A stretch of 64,000 bases of DNA from Puniceicoccaceae bacterium (GCA_040830765.1 JBFOMH010000017.1:256001-320000); one strand, 5' to 3'; shown: positions 1-11,700, counted from the stretch's first letter. Numbers and translations: made by a program. The notes: generated from the letters alone by a model not told the origin.

Positions 1-1024
1 CGGCAGCTGCATCAAACGCATCGTTAGTCGGCGCGAAGACGGTGAAAGGTCCCGGGCTCATCAGAGTGTCGACCAGATTTGCCTTCGTAGCCGCAGCGGC
101 GAGGTAGCTAAAACCAGCATCCACAGCTACACCAACAATGTCCTTCGGCGGGAGGAGAACGCTGTCAATCACGTGGATTACGCCGTTACTGGCCTCGATG
201 TCGGCCCAGGTCACCATGGTCGTGGTGTTGAGCATGATTCCGAAAGGCGTCACGTCGACCTTGAGGTCAGCGCCATTGACGGTTTCCACATAACCACTGA
301 TGTACTCACCCTTGAGGATGGCTCCCAAGTCGAGTCCCAAGGTTCCGGACATGACGCGACCCGGGACTACGTGGTAGGTGAGAATGCCGGTCAGGGTTTC
401 CTTGTCGAGGGCACCCAGCAATTCTACAGCTGTATTGCCTTCTCCGAGGATGCCAGCGGCAGCATTGTCGAATGCCTCGTTAGTCGGCGCGAAGACGGTG
501 AAGGGTCCTTCAGAAGACAAGGTGCCGGCCAATTCAGCCTGCAGCACAGCGGCGACGAGGGAAGAAAAGTCGTCAGTGGCGACGGCGATGTCGACAATCG
601 TATCTGTGGTGCTCTTGGACAGGAATACCTTATCGGCAGTTCCAAGATTTACAAAGACACGCGGTGTGCCAGCCGGTCCTTCCACACCGGATACAAAATA
701 GAGGAAGGTCAGTGGGCGGACATAAAAATAGGGGAACCATGACTTGTTGGTGTAGATCCAGCCATTGAAACTCTCGCCCAGGGCATCAACGTTCGGGTCG
801 TAAATCCAGAGTCCGTTGCCGAAAGCAGAGATATAGAGGCGACCATGCTCGGTATGGTTGATCCAACCGCGGTCCTCCAACATCCCAGCTTCGGGCGTGT
901 AGGTGCCGAACCAGTTTGTGTAGGAACCGTCATCGTTCATGACAGCATCATCAAGAGCCGGTGCCAAAGCCCAAAGGCCAGTGGCAGCAGCGAGGAAGAG
1001 ACATGTGTTGAGTATCTTTTTCAT
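1..1024 (-). CDS. Secreted multi-fasciclin (FAS1) domain protein with N-terminal Trp/Tyr-rich domain; 3' end runs off the window
   Basis: Not in ORF track; translated by hand from ATG at 1024 (AGGAGG upstream): MKKILNTCLFLAAATGLWA signal peptide, then TIVDIAVATDDFSSLVAAVLQAELAGTLSSEGPFTVFAPTNEAF...GVIHVIDSVLLP and a second GPFTVFAPTNDAF, i.e. FAS1 H1/H2 motifs. Confidence 0.92.
   Translation of the reverse strand, partial: MKKILNTCLFLAAATGLWALAPALDDAVMNDDGSYTNWFGTYTPEAGMLEDRGWINHTEHGRLYISAFGNGLWIYDPNVDALGESFNGWIYTNKSWFPYFYVRPLTFLYFVSGVEGPAGTPRVFVNLGTADKVFLSKSTTDTIVDIAVATDDFSSLVAAVLQAELAGTLSSEGPFTVFAPTNEAFDNAAAGILGEGNTAVELLGALDKETLTGILTYHVVPGRVMSGTLGLDLGAILKGEYISGYVETVNGADLKVDVTPFGIMLNTTTMVTWADIEASNGVIHVIDSVLLPPKDIVGVAVDAGFSYLAAAATKANLVDTLMSPGPFTVFAPTNDAFDAAA
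21..502. repeat. 26-bp exact direct repeat (21-46 and 477-502) encoding the FTVFAPTN motif of two tandem FAS1 domains
   Basis: tcgttagtcggcgcgaagacggtgaa occurs at both positions. Confidence 0.85.
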
Positions 1025-1235
1025 AACGTCGATATAATACCTCCTAAATCCGTCCATATTCGCAGTTTGTGAGGAATGGTTGAAAATTCCGTTTGATGGG
1101 TGTCCCGAGGGTTGAGTGGTTCGGTCCGAATAGGTCGCTTTTTGGCTAATATTTATGGACTTTCGTGCTCATGCTTGGTGTATTTACAATAATTTCTCCT
1201 GAATTTAAATTGTTTCGTTTGTGGAATGCAGTTTC

Positions 1236-1248
1236 TAAGCCCTTGATA
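1236..1248 (-). promoter_or_regulatory. Possible IHF-type binding site in the AT-rich divergent intergenic region
   Basis: Reverse complement TATCAAGGGCTTA matches WATCAANNNNTTR; lies in an imperfect inverted repeat 1236-1260. Confidence 0.3.
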
Positions 1249-1335
1249 CCAATAGGGTTATTCAAAGTGCGCGCCCGTGGGGCATGCTCAGATTTGCTTC
1301 CGGTGGGTTTATTTCAGAAAACTAAGAAAAATGTC

Positions 1336-1364
1336 TTGCAAAAGTAGGGTAAATCACCCACATT
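1336..1364 (+). promoter_or_regulatory. Putative sigma70-type promoter of the PEP-CTERM gene
   Basis: TTGCAA-N17-CACATT, same -10 hexamer and spacing as upstream of nusA. Confidence 0.45.
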
Positions 1365-1404
1365 GGTTGGGTCTTAAAATATAAACCTTAGTACAGGAAC
1401 TGTT

Positions 1405-2124
1405 ATGAACATCAACAAACTGGTCTCTCTATTCGCTGCCTTAGGGGTCTTTACCGCCGGGACGGCTCACGCGCAAATCGTCGGATTTGAAACCGACTAT
1501 AGCTTCCTTGTTGGGGGTTACATAAATACCGATCCCGATACTTTTGCAGATCTCAATGCGCTGGTTGAAGTCGATTTTCTCTATGCGACTCCTTCCGAAT
1601 TACTTTTAACTGGTATTGACGTCAGGGTCACAAATTATGGCCCGGCTGAATCAGCCATCACTGGTTTCTGGCTGCAGAGTCCAGCGGGTGGAACGGTTGA
1701 CACATTGGCACCCGGATCACCTTATATAGGCTCTACCGACGAATGGACCCTGGATACAGCACTTCCGAATTCCATGAATGGGCCCGTAGACCAATTGGGT
1801 GACCCAGACAACAGTCTGTATTTCGGCGCCAGTTCCGGCGAGCGGCTAGATTTTCCGACACCGGATCCTGTCGGTTACTTCTCATTTGATATTAATCCGG
1901 ATTTACTCCCGTTCGATGAGGTTGCATGGGCTGCCCAAGGCGATGCCACTAACCCGCTACTCTTTGTTCGTTGGCAGGAAGTTTTCGGAACGGAAAGTGG
2001 CAAGGGTGCCGGTGGTCCTGGCTTTGAGCCGGGTGTCCCCGAGCCGAGCGAAGTCGCTGCCCTTGCAGTCCTTGGACTGGGTGGCATTCTCTTCGTCCGC
2101 CGCCGCTTCACCAAGAAGAAGTAA
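1405..2124 (+). CDS. PEP-CTERM sorting domain-containing surface protein
   Basis: Signal peptide ending AHA; C-terminal VPEPSE, hydrophobic helix and RRRFTKKK basic tail. Confidence 0.93.
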   Translation: MNINKLVSLFAALGVFTAGTAHAQIVGFETDYSFLVGGYINTDPDTFADLNALVEVDFLYATPSELLLTGIDVRVTNYGPAESAITGFWLQSPAGGTVDTLAPGSPYIGSTDEWTLDTALPNSMNGPVDQLGDPDNSLYFGASSGERLDFPTPDPVGYFSFDINPDLLPFDEVAWAAQGDATNPLLFVRWQEVFGTESGKGAGGPGFEPGVPEPSEVAALAVLGLGGILFVRRRFTKKK

Positions 2125-2151
2125 ACAAACACTTTAAAGCAGTTCCTTTTC

Positions 2152-2183
2152 ACCTCCGGGCCCAAAAGCCCGGAGGTTTTTTT
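2152..2183 (+). terminator. Rho-independent terminator
   Basis: ACCTCCGGG/CCCGGAGGT stem followed by T run. Confidence 0.85.
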
Positions 2184-2281
2184 ATTGGGGGGGAAGACAG
2201 TGGCGATGATAGGAGGCGCTGCCCGAAAACAGGTACGGATTGCAGTGGACAACAACCCGGAGCTTCTTTTCGTTGTCGAGC

Positions 2282-2644
2282 ATGGCCTATGAACTAAATG
2301 GAACGATCAAGAAGATTTTCGACCAGCAGGACTTCCCGAGCGGATTCTACAAGCAGGAGTTTGTGGTGACGACGGATGAGCGCTTTCCCCAGGACATCAA
2401 GTTGGATTGCCTGAAGGAGAAAGTGGAGATGCTGAAGGATTTCCAGGAAGGGTCCGCGGTAAAGGTGTCCTTCGACATCCGCGGACGGGAATGGAACGAC
2501 CGTTATTTTGTCGACCTGTCGGCATGGAAGATTGAGCCGGCCGAGGAAGGTAGCTCCGAAGCGCCTCCGGTCATGGAGCAATCCCAGCCGGCCGAGGACC
2601 CTGCCCAATACGGCATTGAGGAGGATGACGAGGTCCCCTTTTGA
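2282..2644 (+). CDS. DUF3127 family, SSB-like OB-fold protein
   Basis: ATG at 2282; KQEFVV...FPQDI...VSFDIRGREWNDRYF..L.AWKI pattern; acidic tail DDDEVPF. Confidence 0.85.
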   Translation: MAYELNGTIKKIFDQQDFPSGFYKQEFVVTTDERFPQDIKLDCLKEKVEMLKDFQEGSAVKVSFDIRGREWNDRYFVDLSAWKIEPAEEGSSEAPPVMEQSQPAEDPAQYGIEEDDEVPF

Positions 2645-3792
2645 AGCCGTCTGACACCATTGGATGCGTAGCGACCTGCCGGCCCGGGCTGGAAGGGGTC
2701 CTTGCTGCGGAGATCCAGTTGCACGGGGGCGCGGCCGTCCGCAAAGGCAAGCGCTCGGTCCACTTCAATACGGACCAGGCCGGGTTGTACCGCATGAACA
2801 TGGCCCTGCGGACGGCCATTCAGGTGCTGGTGCCCGTGCGGACCTTCAATGCCCGGGATTACAAGTTGCTTTACTTCCAGGCCCGACGAACCAACTGGCA
2901 TCAGTATTTCCATGCCGGGAAGTCCCTGCGGATCGATGTCAACGGGCGCTCGCCAAACCTCCGCAATACCCAGTATGTCGTCCATCGGGTGAAGGACGGG
3001 ATCGTCGATACCTTCCGGAAACTGAGCGGTGGCATCCGGCCCTCGATCGACAAGGCGGAGCCGGAAATCCATGTCGTGGTGCACCTTGATGGAAACAAGG
3101 TCACGCTCTGCCTCGACAGCTCGGGCATACCCCTGTTCAAGCGGGGATACCGTCTGGAGCATGGCGGGGCACCCCTTAAGGAGGATCTGGCGGCGGGCAT
3201 TCTTCTACTGGGAGGATTGAAGCCCGGCGTGGGCCTGGTGGATCCGGTCTGTGGTTCGGGGACCTTTCTTTTTGAAGGCTGGATGATCCAGAACAAGGTA
3301 GCGCCTAACCTGAACCGGGGATTCGCCTTCCAGCACTGGGAGGACTTTGATGAAGCTCTTTACCTGCAGGAGAAGCAGAAATTGCAGGATGCTGAGCTGA
3401 AGAACGGCCAGGCGATCGTCCTTGGCAGTGACATTGACGGGGAGATTGTCCGCCTGGCTACTGGGATCCGGGATGACTCTTTTAGGGACAGCGGTATAGA
3501 GATCCGGCATTCAAGTTTCCAGGACTTGGAGGCAACGGTCGAAGACGGCCTGATGGTGGCCAATCCTCCCTATGGCGAGCGCATTGGCAGCGATGAAGAC
3601 CTTGGCCCGCTCTACAAGGATCTGGGATATGCCGCAAAGCGCGTGGTACCCGGAGGGCAATTGGCCGTTTTCACGACCAACCGGAAGGCGGCCCGGCAGA
3701 TCCGGCTTAAGGTGGACCAGGCCCTGACTTTATTCAATGGGGCCCTGGAAGGCTTGCTTTACCGCTACAGCTTGAAGAAGCTGGGGGAGTGA
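2641..3792 (+). CDS. rlmL: THUMP-domain class I SAM RNA methyltransferase (RlmL-like)
   Basis: LFKRGYR, APLKEDLAAG, DPVCGSGT and NPPYG motifs. Confidence 0.8.
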   Translation: MKPSDTIGCVATCRPGLEGVLAAEIQLHGGAAVRKGKRSVHFNTDQAGLYRMNMALRTAIQVLVPVRTFNARDYKLLYFQARRTNWHQYFHAGKSLRIDVNGRSPNLRNTQYVVHRVKDGIVDTFRKLSGGIRPSIDKAEPEIHVVVHLDGNKVTLCLDSSGIPLFKRGYRLEHGGAPLKEDLAAGILLLGGLKPGVGLVDPVCGSGTFLFEGWMIQNKVAPNLNRGFAFQHWEDFDEALYLQEKQKLQDAELKNGQAIVLGSDIDGEIVRLATGIRDDSFRDSGIEIRHSSFQDLEATVEDGLMVANPPYGERIGSDEDLGPLYKDLGYAAKRVVPGGQLAVFTTNRKAARQIRLKVDQALTLFNGALEGLLYRYSLKKLGE

Positions 3793-4751
3793 AACCCTTC
3801 CTCGACATCCGGAACGTTACCAAGTCATTTGGTTCGCTGAAGGCAGTCGACGATGTCAGTCTGCAGGTCTATCCAGGAGAGATATTTGCCCTTCTGGGGC
3901 CCAATGGGGCTGGCAAAACAACCTTGATTGGCTGCATCAGCGGGTTGATTCAACGCTTCAGTGGCTCCATCACGGTGGACGGATTTGATGTCCGCCGGGA
4001 CTATCCGGTCGTGCGACAATTAATTGGCTTGGTGCCTCAGGAGCTCAATTTCGACGGCTTTTTCAAGACCCGCCATGTGCTTGAGTACCAAGGGGGATTT
4101 TTTGGGAACCGCAAATACCGGCAACGCTCAAACGAACTCCTGAAGACCTTCACCCTGTCCGACAAGGCGGAATCCAACAGTCGCTGGCTCTCCGGTGGGA
4201 TGAAACGCCGCCTGATGATCTGCAAGGCCCTGACGCACCGACCAGCCCTGCTGTTTCTCGACGAACCGACGGCCGGGGTGGATGTCGAATTGCGGGATGA
4301 GCTTTGGAGCTACGTCCGTCAGCTGCGGGAGGCCGGAACGACTATTGTCCTGACAACCCATTACCTTGAGGAGGCCGAGGAGCTGGCAGATCGCATTGGT
4401 GTCATCAACCATGGTAAGCTCGTCCTGCTGGAGCGACGCGATGATTTGCTCAACACCTATGGCGAGCGCTGGCTGGATGTCCGGCTCGACAAGCCGGCCC
4501 GGGAGGAGTGGTTTGCCGGCATGGGCTGTAGCCGCATCGAAGTTCTCGGTGAAAACCACTTTCGCTTCTCCTTTCAGGATTCAACCTTGGCGGAATTGGA
4601 TGAACATTCCGTCCCTGCACAATTGTTCCGTATATTCATTGAGAAGGGATTGACGCCCCTCCGGATCGATGGCGGGCGCAGCCGGCTGGAGGACATTTTC
4701 CGCAAGGTGGTGGGACAGGATAATTCACCCGGGAGTGAGGTGTCATCATGA
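3789..4751 (+). CDS. ABC transporter ATP-binding protein (YadG-like, ABC-2 type)
   Basis: Walker A GPNGAGKT, signature LSGGMKRR, Walker B LFLDEPT, H-loop TTHY. Confidence 0.92.
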   Translation: MKPFLDIRNVTKSFGSLKAVDDVSLQVYPGEIFALLGPNGAGKTTLIGCISGLIQRFSGSITVDGFDVRRDYPVVRQLIGLVPQELNFDGFFKTRHVLEYQGGFFGNRKYRQRSNELLKTFTLSDKAESNSRWLSGGMKRRLMICKALTHRPALLFLDEPTAGVDVELRDELWSYVRQLREAGTTIVLTTHYLEEAEELADRIGVINHGKLVLLERRDDLLNTYGERWLDVRLDKPAREEWFAGMGCSRIEVLGENHFRFSFQDSTLAELDEHSVPAQLFRIFIEKGLTPLRIDGGRSRLEDIFRKVVGQDNSPGSEVSS

Positions 4752-5626
4752 ATTCTCAGGATGAAAGTTCAGGCAGGAATCCAGTCTACCCCGAGCTCAA
4801 ACCGCAATGGGTTGAATCCGCCCAGCAACATATTTCCGCAGTGCGTTCCCGGGGTCAGGCGGAATCCGGTTTTTGGGGAACCTGGACCTTGTTCAAGAAG
4901 GAGATGCACCGTTTCCTCTCCATTGCCGGGCAAACGGTCGTCAGTCCCGTGCTGACCACGATGCTCTGGTATCTGGTTTTTGGATACTCCCTGGGCGACC
5001 GTCTGGATGAGATCAACGGCATTCCCTACACCGATTTCCTTGTCCCGGGCCTGGTTATGATGGCCATCATTACCAATGCCTTTCTCAACAGCGCCTTTTC
5101 CTTTTTCATCGGCAAGGTCCACGGCACGGTCGTTGATCTGCTGGTATCACCACTGCGCCCCTGGCAGATCGCCATGGCCTACACATCGGCCAGTGTCGTC
5201 CGGGCGGTATCCGTGGGCTCCGTAATTTGGATTGTCGCGGCCGCGATGGGAGCAGGAACGACTTTCCATGTGGGGTGGACGCTCCTCTTCATGCTCCTGA
5301 CCAGTTTTGCCTTTGCTCTTTTGGGACTGGCCACGGGCATCCTCGCCAAGGACTTTGACCACATAAACTTCATCCCGAATTTCCTGCTCCTTCCCCTGAC
5401 CTTCCTGGGCGGTGTCTTTTACTCCATTCGCCTGCTGCCATCCCCGTGGGACAGCGTTTCGCTTTTCAATCCGATCATTTATATGGTCAACGGGCTACGC
5501 TATGGCATGACCGGAGTAACCGATGTGCCGATCCTGCCGGGTGTGGCCATCTCCGCCGGAAGTGTCCTTGCCGGATTGGTGATCGTCCTCTGGCTTATTT
5601 CCACCGGACGCGGACTCAAGCCTTGA
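4748..5626 (+). CDS. ABC-2 type transporter permease (YadH-like)
   Basis: About six hydrophobic segments; FLVPGL, PLTFLGGVFYS, NPIIYMVNGLRYG. Confidence 0.9.
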   Translation: MNSQDESSGRNPVYPELKPQWVESAQQHISAVRSRGQAESGFWGTWTLFKKEMHRFLSIAGQTVVSPVLTTMLWYLVFGYSLGDRLDEINGIPYTDFLVPGLVMMAIITNAFLNSAFSFFIGKVHGTVVDLLVSPLRPWQIAMAYTSASVVRAVSVGSVIWIVAAAMGAGTTFHVGWTLLFMLLTSFAFALLGLATGILAKDFDHINFIPNFLLLPLTFLGGVFYSIRLLPSPWDSVSLFNPIIYMVNGLRYGMTGVTDVPILPGVAISAGSVLAGLVIVLWLISTGRGLKP

Positions 5627-5643
5627 TGGCAGTGGGATAGAAC

Positions 5644-7650
<2,007 letters not shown>

Positions 7651-7694
7651 GGTGATCTACAAAAGCGTTAAATGAATGCGGCCGCTACTATCCC

Positions 7695-8471
7695 TTAAAA
7701 CCGGGAAACGGATGTGGCTGAGCTCCACCAGCGGTGGTGAACTCCCTCGAGTTCCTCTTCGCCAGGGAAGGGATAAAAGAGGAAATCCTCCTGGTCCCCG
7801 ACATAAAAGCCCCGCTCAACTACCGGATACAGCAGAGCCTTGTTGAAGTCCCGGTGGACGATTTTCGTCATTTTGTCGGACTTGTACTTCAGGGAAGTCA
7901 GGCACTCCCTGAGGTGATTCATATCGTTGTAGGGCAAGTTGGAAGCGGAGCTCTTTTCCGGGTCTGTCGCCATGCCGTCCAGGCGCAGATCGCAGAAAAC
8001 CATCCTCGGGAGGCAGACCGGGTTGTCCGGATTGGTGACGTATCGGGCAAAGGCTTTTGGAGAGAGTGGGCTCGCTACCTTTGGAAAAACGGGACAAATC
8101 TCCTGATAGAGGTGAAAGCCTTGTCGGGCGGGCGGCTCTTCCTCGGTAGGGGACAATTCCAGAGTTATACCATCCTTTGTCGTGAGGTAGAGTTTCCCCA
8201 GTGCAGAGACAGGAATGTTGGCGAGTACGTTGTAGACGGAAATGTAGGTTGAGCGCCTCGGTGAACCGTCCGGATGAGGAGCAACTTTCTTACGGGCTTC
8301 CTCAAGCTTGAACGCATCGGAGGAAAATGCCGGGTCGAGGGCGAAGAAGATTGCCGGGCCCCGGGTTAGCTTCTTGTCACCGATGGCAAGGTATTTGCCA
8401 AACCGGTCCGGAGGTAGTTGCGAATAAATGAGGGCTTCAGGAATGAGGGATAGATATAGATAAGTTTCCAT
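7695..8471 (-). CDS. Hypothetical cytoplasmic protein with apparent internal duplication, co-oriented upstream of hppA
   Basis: 258-aa ORF filling the gap, 44 bp from hppA; no signal peptide or TM segment. Confidence 0.8.
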   Translation of the reverse strand: METYLYLSLIPEALIYSQLPPDRFGKYLAIGDKKLTRGPAIFFALDPAFSSDAFKLEEARKKVAPHPDGSPRRSTYISVYNVLANIPVSALGKLYLTTKDGITLELSPTEEEPPARQGFHLYQEICPVFPKVASPLSPKAFARYVTNPDNPVCLPRMVFCDLRLDGMATDPEKSSASNLPYNDMNHLRECLTSLKYKSDKMTKIVHRDFNKALLYPVVERGFYVGDQEDFLFYPFPGEEELEGVHHRWWSSATSVSRF

Positions 8472-8628
8472 AATGTAAGGAGTGAGGTATGAGGGAGAAT
8501 GACCAAAAACGGGGGAAAATCAAGCGCTGTGGAAAGTTATGGGAATTGCCTTTCGGAGTTCCATCCAGTGGCCAATTGAAGGTCTTTTCCCTTGCCCACA
8601 TTCGGGCCCTGAAAAAGATGGGCAGGTT

Positions 8629-10437
8629 GTGAGTGAGGCCAACCTAGGAGAGATCAGCCAATCCGGTCGCAGGACCCTTCCGGAATACTTGCGTCACCAC
8701 TTCACGGACACTCAGCGCTATCTCATCATCTGGATTGTTACGGGCCTGGCCTGTGGACTGGTGGCCGTGGCCTTTCACAAGTCCATCGAACTGGTGTTTG
8801 AAATGGTCTCTCATGTGGCTCTCTGGCTGGGCGGTGGTGACAGTGGGAAGGCCCTTCTCTTTATTGGTATCGCCCCGGTTGTCGGGGGTCTCCTGAGCGG
8901 ACTCATCCTCACCTACGGGAATCCAAATGCCGCTGGTTCGGGCATACCGCGGACAAAGGCCCAGTACTACCGCCAATTCGGTGTGATACCGTTGCGGGAG
9001 GCTGTCTACCGGTTCATCGTGGGGACGATTTCTGTTGGATTCGGCATGAGCCTGGGACGGGAAGGCCCGACGGTGCATATCTGTTCGGCAATGGCATCAA
9101 AAATCGGCCAGTGGTTCGGTCTGGCCAAGAAGCGGGTCCAGGCCATGGTCCCATTGGGCATGGGGGCAGGAATTTCAGCAGCCTTCAACACACCCATGGC
9201 AGCGGTCTTCTTCGTCTTTGAAGAACTGCTGGGTGACTTCAGCAGTAAGTCCTTCTTCGGCATATTCATCTCGGTCGTTATTGCGGCAGCGGTTCAGCGG
9301 ATCCTGGTCGGGGAGCACCCCGCCTTCGATATTGAGCTGGGTCTCCTGACAACCAATTGGTGGATGCTGCTGGCTATTCCCCTGGGGCTTTTTTCCGCTC
9401 TCTTTGGACGCGCCTTTGTCGAGGGAATCCTTCAGGCCCGGCGATACTTCGGGAGCAGGATGCCCTTGCCCGATTGGGTAAAGCCCGGGATCGGCGGACT
9501 CGGGGTGGGTATCATCGGTGTTACTGTGGCCTGGCTATCCTCGGGAAACATGGGCATCTTCGGCATCGGATATACGGATCTCGATTCCGCCCTGAACGGC
9601 CGGATGACCATCCTGTCCGTAGTGGCCCTGCTATTTTTCGGAAAGATCATCGCCACCATCCTCGCCTATGGCAGCGGAGGCAGTGGCGGCCTTTTTGCCC
9701 CGACATTATTCATCGGGGGAATGCTGGGAGCCTTGGTGGGTCTGCTGGCCCAGCCGTTGTTCGGGTTCAGCAATGAGATTGTCGGCGCCCTGGCCCTGCT
9801 GGGCATGGGAGCATTCTTTGCCGCGGTGATCCGCTGTCCGATGACCTCCATCGTCATCATCTGGGAGATGACCGGACAGTACGCACTCATCCTACCCCTG
9901 ATGGTGGGTAATATGTTGGCCTGGCTGATTTCGAGTAAACTTCAACCAGTTCCGCTCTATGATGCCTTGCTCCTGCAGGATAAGATTAACCTGAAAAAGA
10001 TGCCCCATTACCGGGGCGATCAGGATTGGAGGAACTTGCCCGTCAGCACCATCATGACCTTCGATCCGGTGGTCATTTCATCTGCCGATACAGTCGCCAC
10101 GGCCTTGGAAGCTATCCACAAGGATAATGCCAGGCACCATGCCTATCCGGTTGTCGGGAAGTCAGGCTCCCTTGAGGGAATGATCACCCATCATGAACTC
10201 GAAGAAAGCGCCCGCGAGGATCCGGAGAAGGTGGTTTCCGGACTGATAGAGGATCAGAAACTGGTCACCATTCATCCGGAAGCATCGATCCGCGATGTTG
10301 CCCAGGAACTGGTGATCAAGGATGTCCTGCAAGCGCCCGTCGTCAGTACAAAGGACGAACACAAGGTTATGGGTATCATTACCTTGCACGACATCGCCCG
10401 GCAGCAAAATGCCATCGATGACTCGATCGGCCGGTGA
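8629..10437 (+). CDS. ClC family Cl-/H+ antiporter with C-terminal CBS pair
   Basis: GSGIP, GREGP (gating Glu), FVFEE (proton Glu), GGLFAP, PLY; start uncertain (GTG 8629 or ATG 8539). Confidence 0.93.
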   Translation: MSEANLGEISQSGRRTLPEYLRHHFTDTQRYLIIWIVTGLACGLVAVAFHKSIELVFEMVSHVALWLGGGDSGKALLFIGIAPVVGGLLSGLILTYGNPNAAGSGIPRTKAQYYRQFGVIPLREAVYRFIVGTISVGFGMSLGREGPTVHICSAMASKIGQWFGLAKKRVQAMVPLGMGAGISAAFNTPMAAVFFVFEELLGDFSSKSFFGIFISVVIAAAVQRILVGEHPAFDIELGLLTTNWWMLLAIPLGLFSALFGRAFVEGILQARRYFGSRMPLPDWVKPGIGGLGVGIIGVTVAWLSSGNMGIFGIGYTDLDSALNGRMTILSVVALLFFGKIIATILAYGSGGSGGLFAPTLFIGGMLGALVGLLAQPLFGFSNEIVGALALLGMGAFFAAVIRCPMTSIVIIWEMTGQYALILPLMVGNMLAWLISSKLQPVPLYDALLLQDKINLKKMPHYRGDQDWRNLPVSTIMTFDPVVISSADTVATALEAIHKDNARHHAYPVVGKSGSLEGMITHHELEESAREDPEKVVSGLIEDQKLVTIHPEASIRDVAQELVIKDVLQAPVVSTKDEHKVMGIITLHDIARQQNAIDDSIGR

Positions 10438-10443
10438 ATGCTG

Positions 10444-11700
10444 TTACTCGGAGTCTTCCGGCAGAGGCTGCTCCTCTTGCAAGGCGGGATCCATAGGATT
10501 CAGGGCCGCAAATAAGCCAATTGGAATGGCCACTGCGGTGAGGGCCGCCTGGGTCTTGTAGGAGGTGGGTTGACGACCCATGACCCGATAGGCGTCCTCT
10601 TCCAGGTAGGAGACCCCGGACTGGGGACCGGTGAAAGCCTTCATGAAGGAAATCAGCGACTCCATGACAGGCATGAGCTGCTCCGACTGTTGCAGATCGG
10701 CCATGGCGTTGTCGATTTGCAAGGCACCGAGCGTTCCATCGTCGTACCAGAGGGACAAGCCGGAATCCGGGAATCCTTTGAGGGCAGCCTGTAATGCGGC
10801 TGATTCGCCGATGCCGGTTGTGCTATTGAGGAACCAATCCCGGGAAGCGTTCGAGGTCGTGAGCAAAAGGTCATTGGAGTCTGGCAGGGATTCCAGACGA
10901 ACCTCGATTGGCAACTCGGGTGCTGGCGAGCTGAAGGTCCAGGCACTTCCATCTTCGGTCGGAACGAACCCAGCTCCTTGCAGAAGGGGGCCGACCGATG
11001 CCAGGAGGTCGCCGACAGAGGTCAGCCGGATGGCGATGTTGCCTTTCAACAGGACCATTGCGGGATGAATTTCCGTCCCGTCGGCAGCGGCGGGCTTCAT
11101 GGCAGCCAGAACCCGCGTATTCAGGCGGTTGACGATATCGAGCGCTGTCAGCCCATCCGGAGTGATTGGCTGGGAAAGCTGGGCATCGATAATTCCCTGT
11201 CCCATGGGGCCCATCAAATCGATGGCGACGTTGCGGACAATTTCGAGGAGAGCGGTGCCTTCCAGTCCGATTTCAGCGATCGCGGCGGCGTCGGCCGGGG
11301 CCGAGGAAAGGATGGTAAAGGGTTGATTGCTGCTGCCGGTGAGGAGGAAGGCTCCCTCCGGGGCACCGTCAAAGAGGAAAATGCTCTTGTTCAGGAAGAC
11401 GCCTTCAGCCTCCCTTTCGGAAGTAAGGGTGGCGGCCCGGAGGTTCAGCAGACCGAGGCGCTGAAAGAGCATTTCATAATCAACGGGTACGGGGGGCATC
11501 TCGGGTGAACTGGCCTGATACTCGAGATAGACCTTGGTCAGGAATTCGCCCAGTACGGCAAAGTCTTGCTCAAGATTGGCATGCAGGACCATCTCGGGAT
11601 CTTCCGCAGCCAAGCGCTCCATGGACTCCTGGTAAGTTCCAGCTGCAGCGGACAGCGAGACAAGAAACGACGATAGAAGGATCAGGATTCGGTTTTTCAT
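10444..11700 (-). CDS. Hypothetical exported protein with possible C-terminal membrane anchor
   Basis: Signal peptide MKNRILILLSSFLVSLSAAA; C-terminal AALTAVAIPIGLFAAL then acidic tail. Confidence 0.75.
   Translation of the reverse strand: MKNRILILLSSFLVSLSAAAGTYQESMERLAAEDPEMVLHANLEQDFAVLGEFLTKVYLEYQASSPEMPPVPVDYEMLFQRLGLLNLRAATLTSEREAEGVFLNKSIFLFDGAPEGAFLLTGSSNQPFTILSSAPADAAAIAEIGLEGTALLEIVRNVAIDLMGPMGQGIIDAQLSQPITPDGLTALDIVNRLNTRVLAAMKPAAADGTEIHPAMVLLKGNIAIRLTSVGDLLASVGPLLQGAGFVPTEDGSAWTFSSPAPELPIEVRLESLPDSNDLLLTTSNASRDWFLNSTTGIGESAALQAALKGFPDSGLSLWYDDGTLGALQIDNAMADLQQSEQLMPVMESLISFMKAFTGPQSGVSYLEEDAYRVMGRQPTSYKTQAALTAVAIPIGLFAALNPMDPALQEEQPLPEDSE

Noticed and set aside
173..742. 189-aa plus-strand ORF (and 378-701)
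   Set aside because: Antisense shadow of the fasciclin gene, which has clear motifs and an SD on the minus strand
1278..1298. Possible sigma54 promoter (GGCA...TTGC) upstream of the PEP-CTERM gene
   Set aside because: GG-to-GC spacing is 13 nt rather than the required 10
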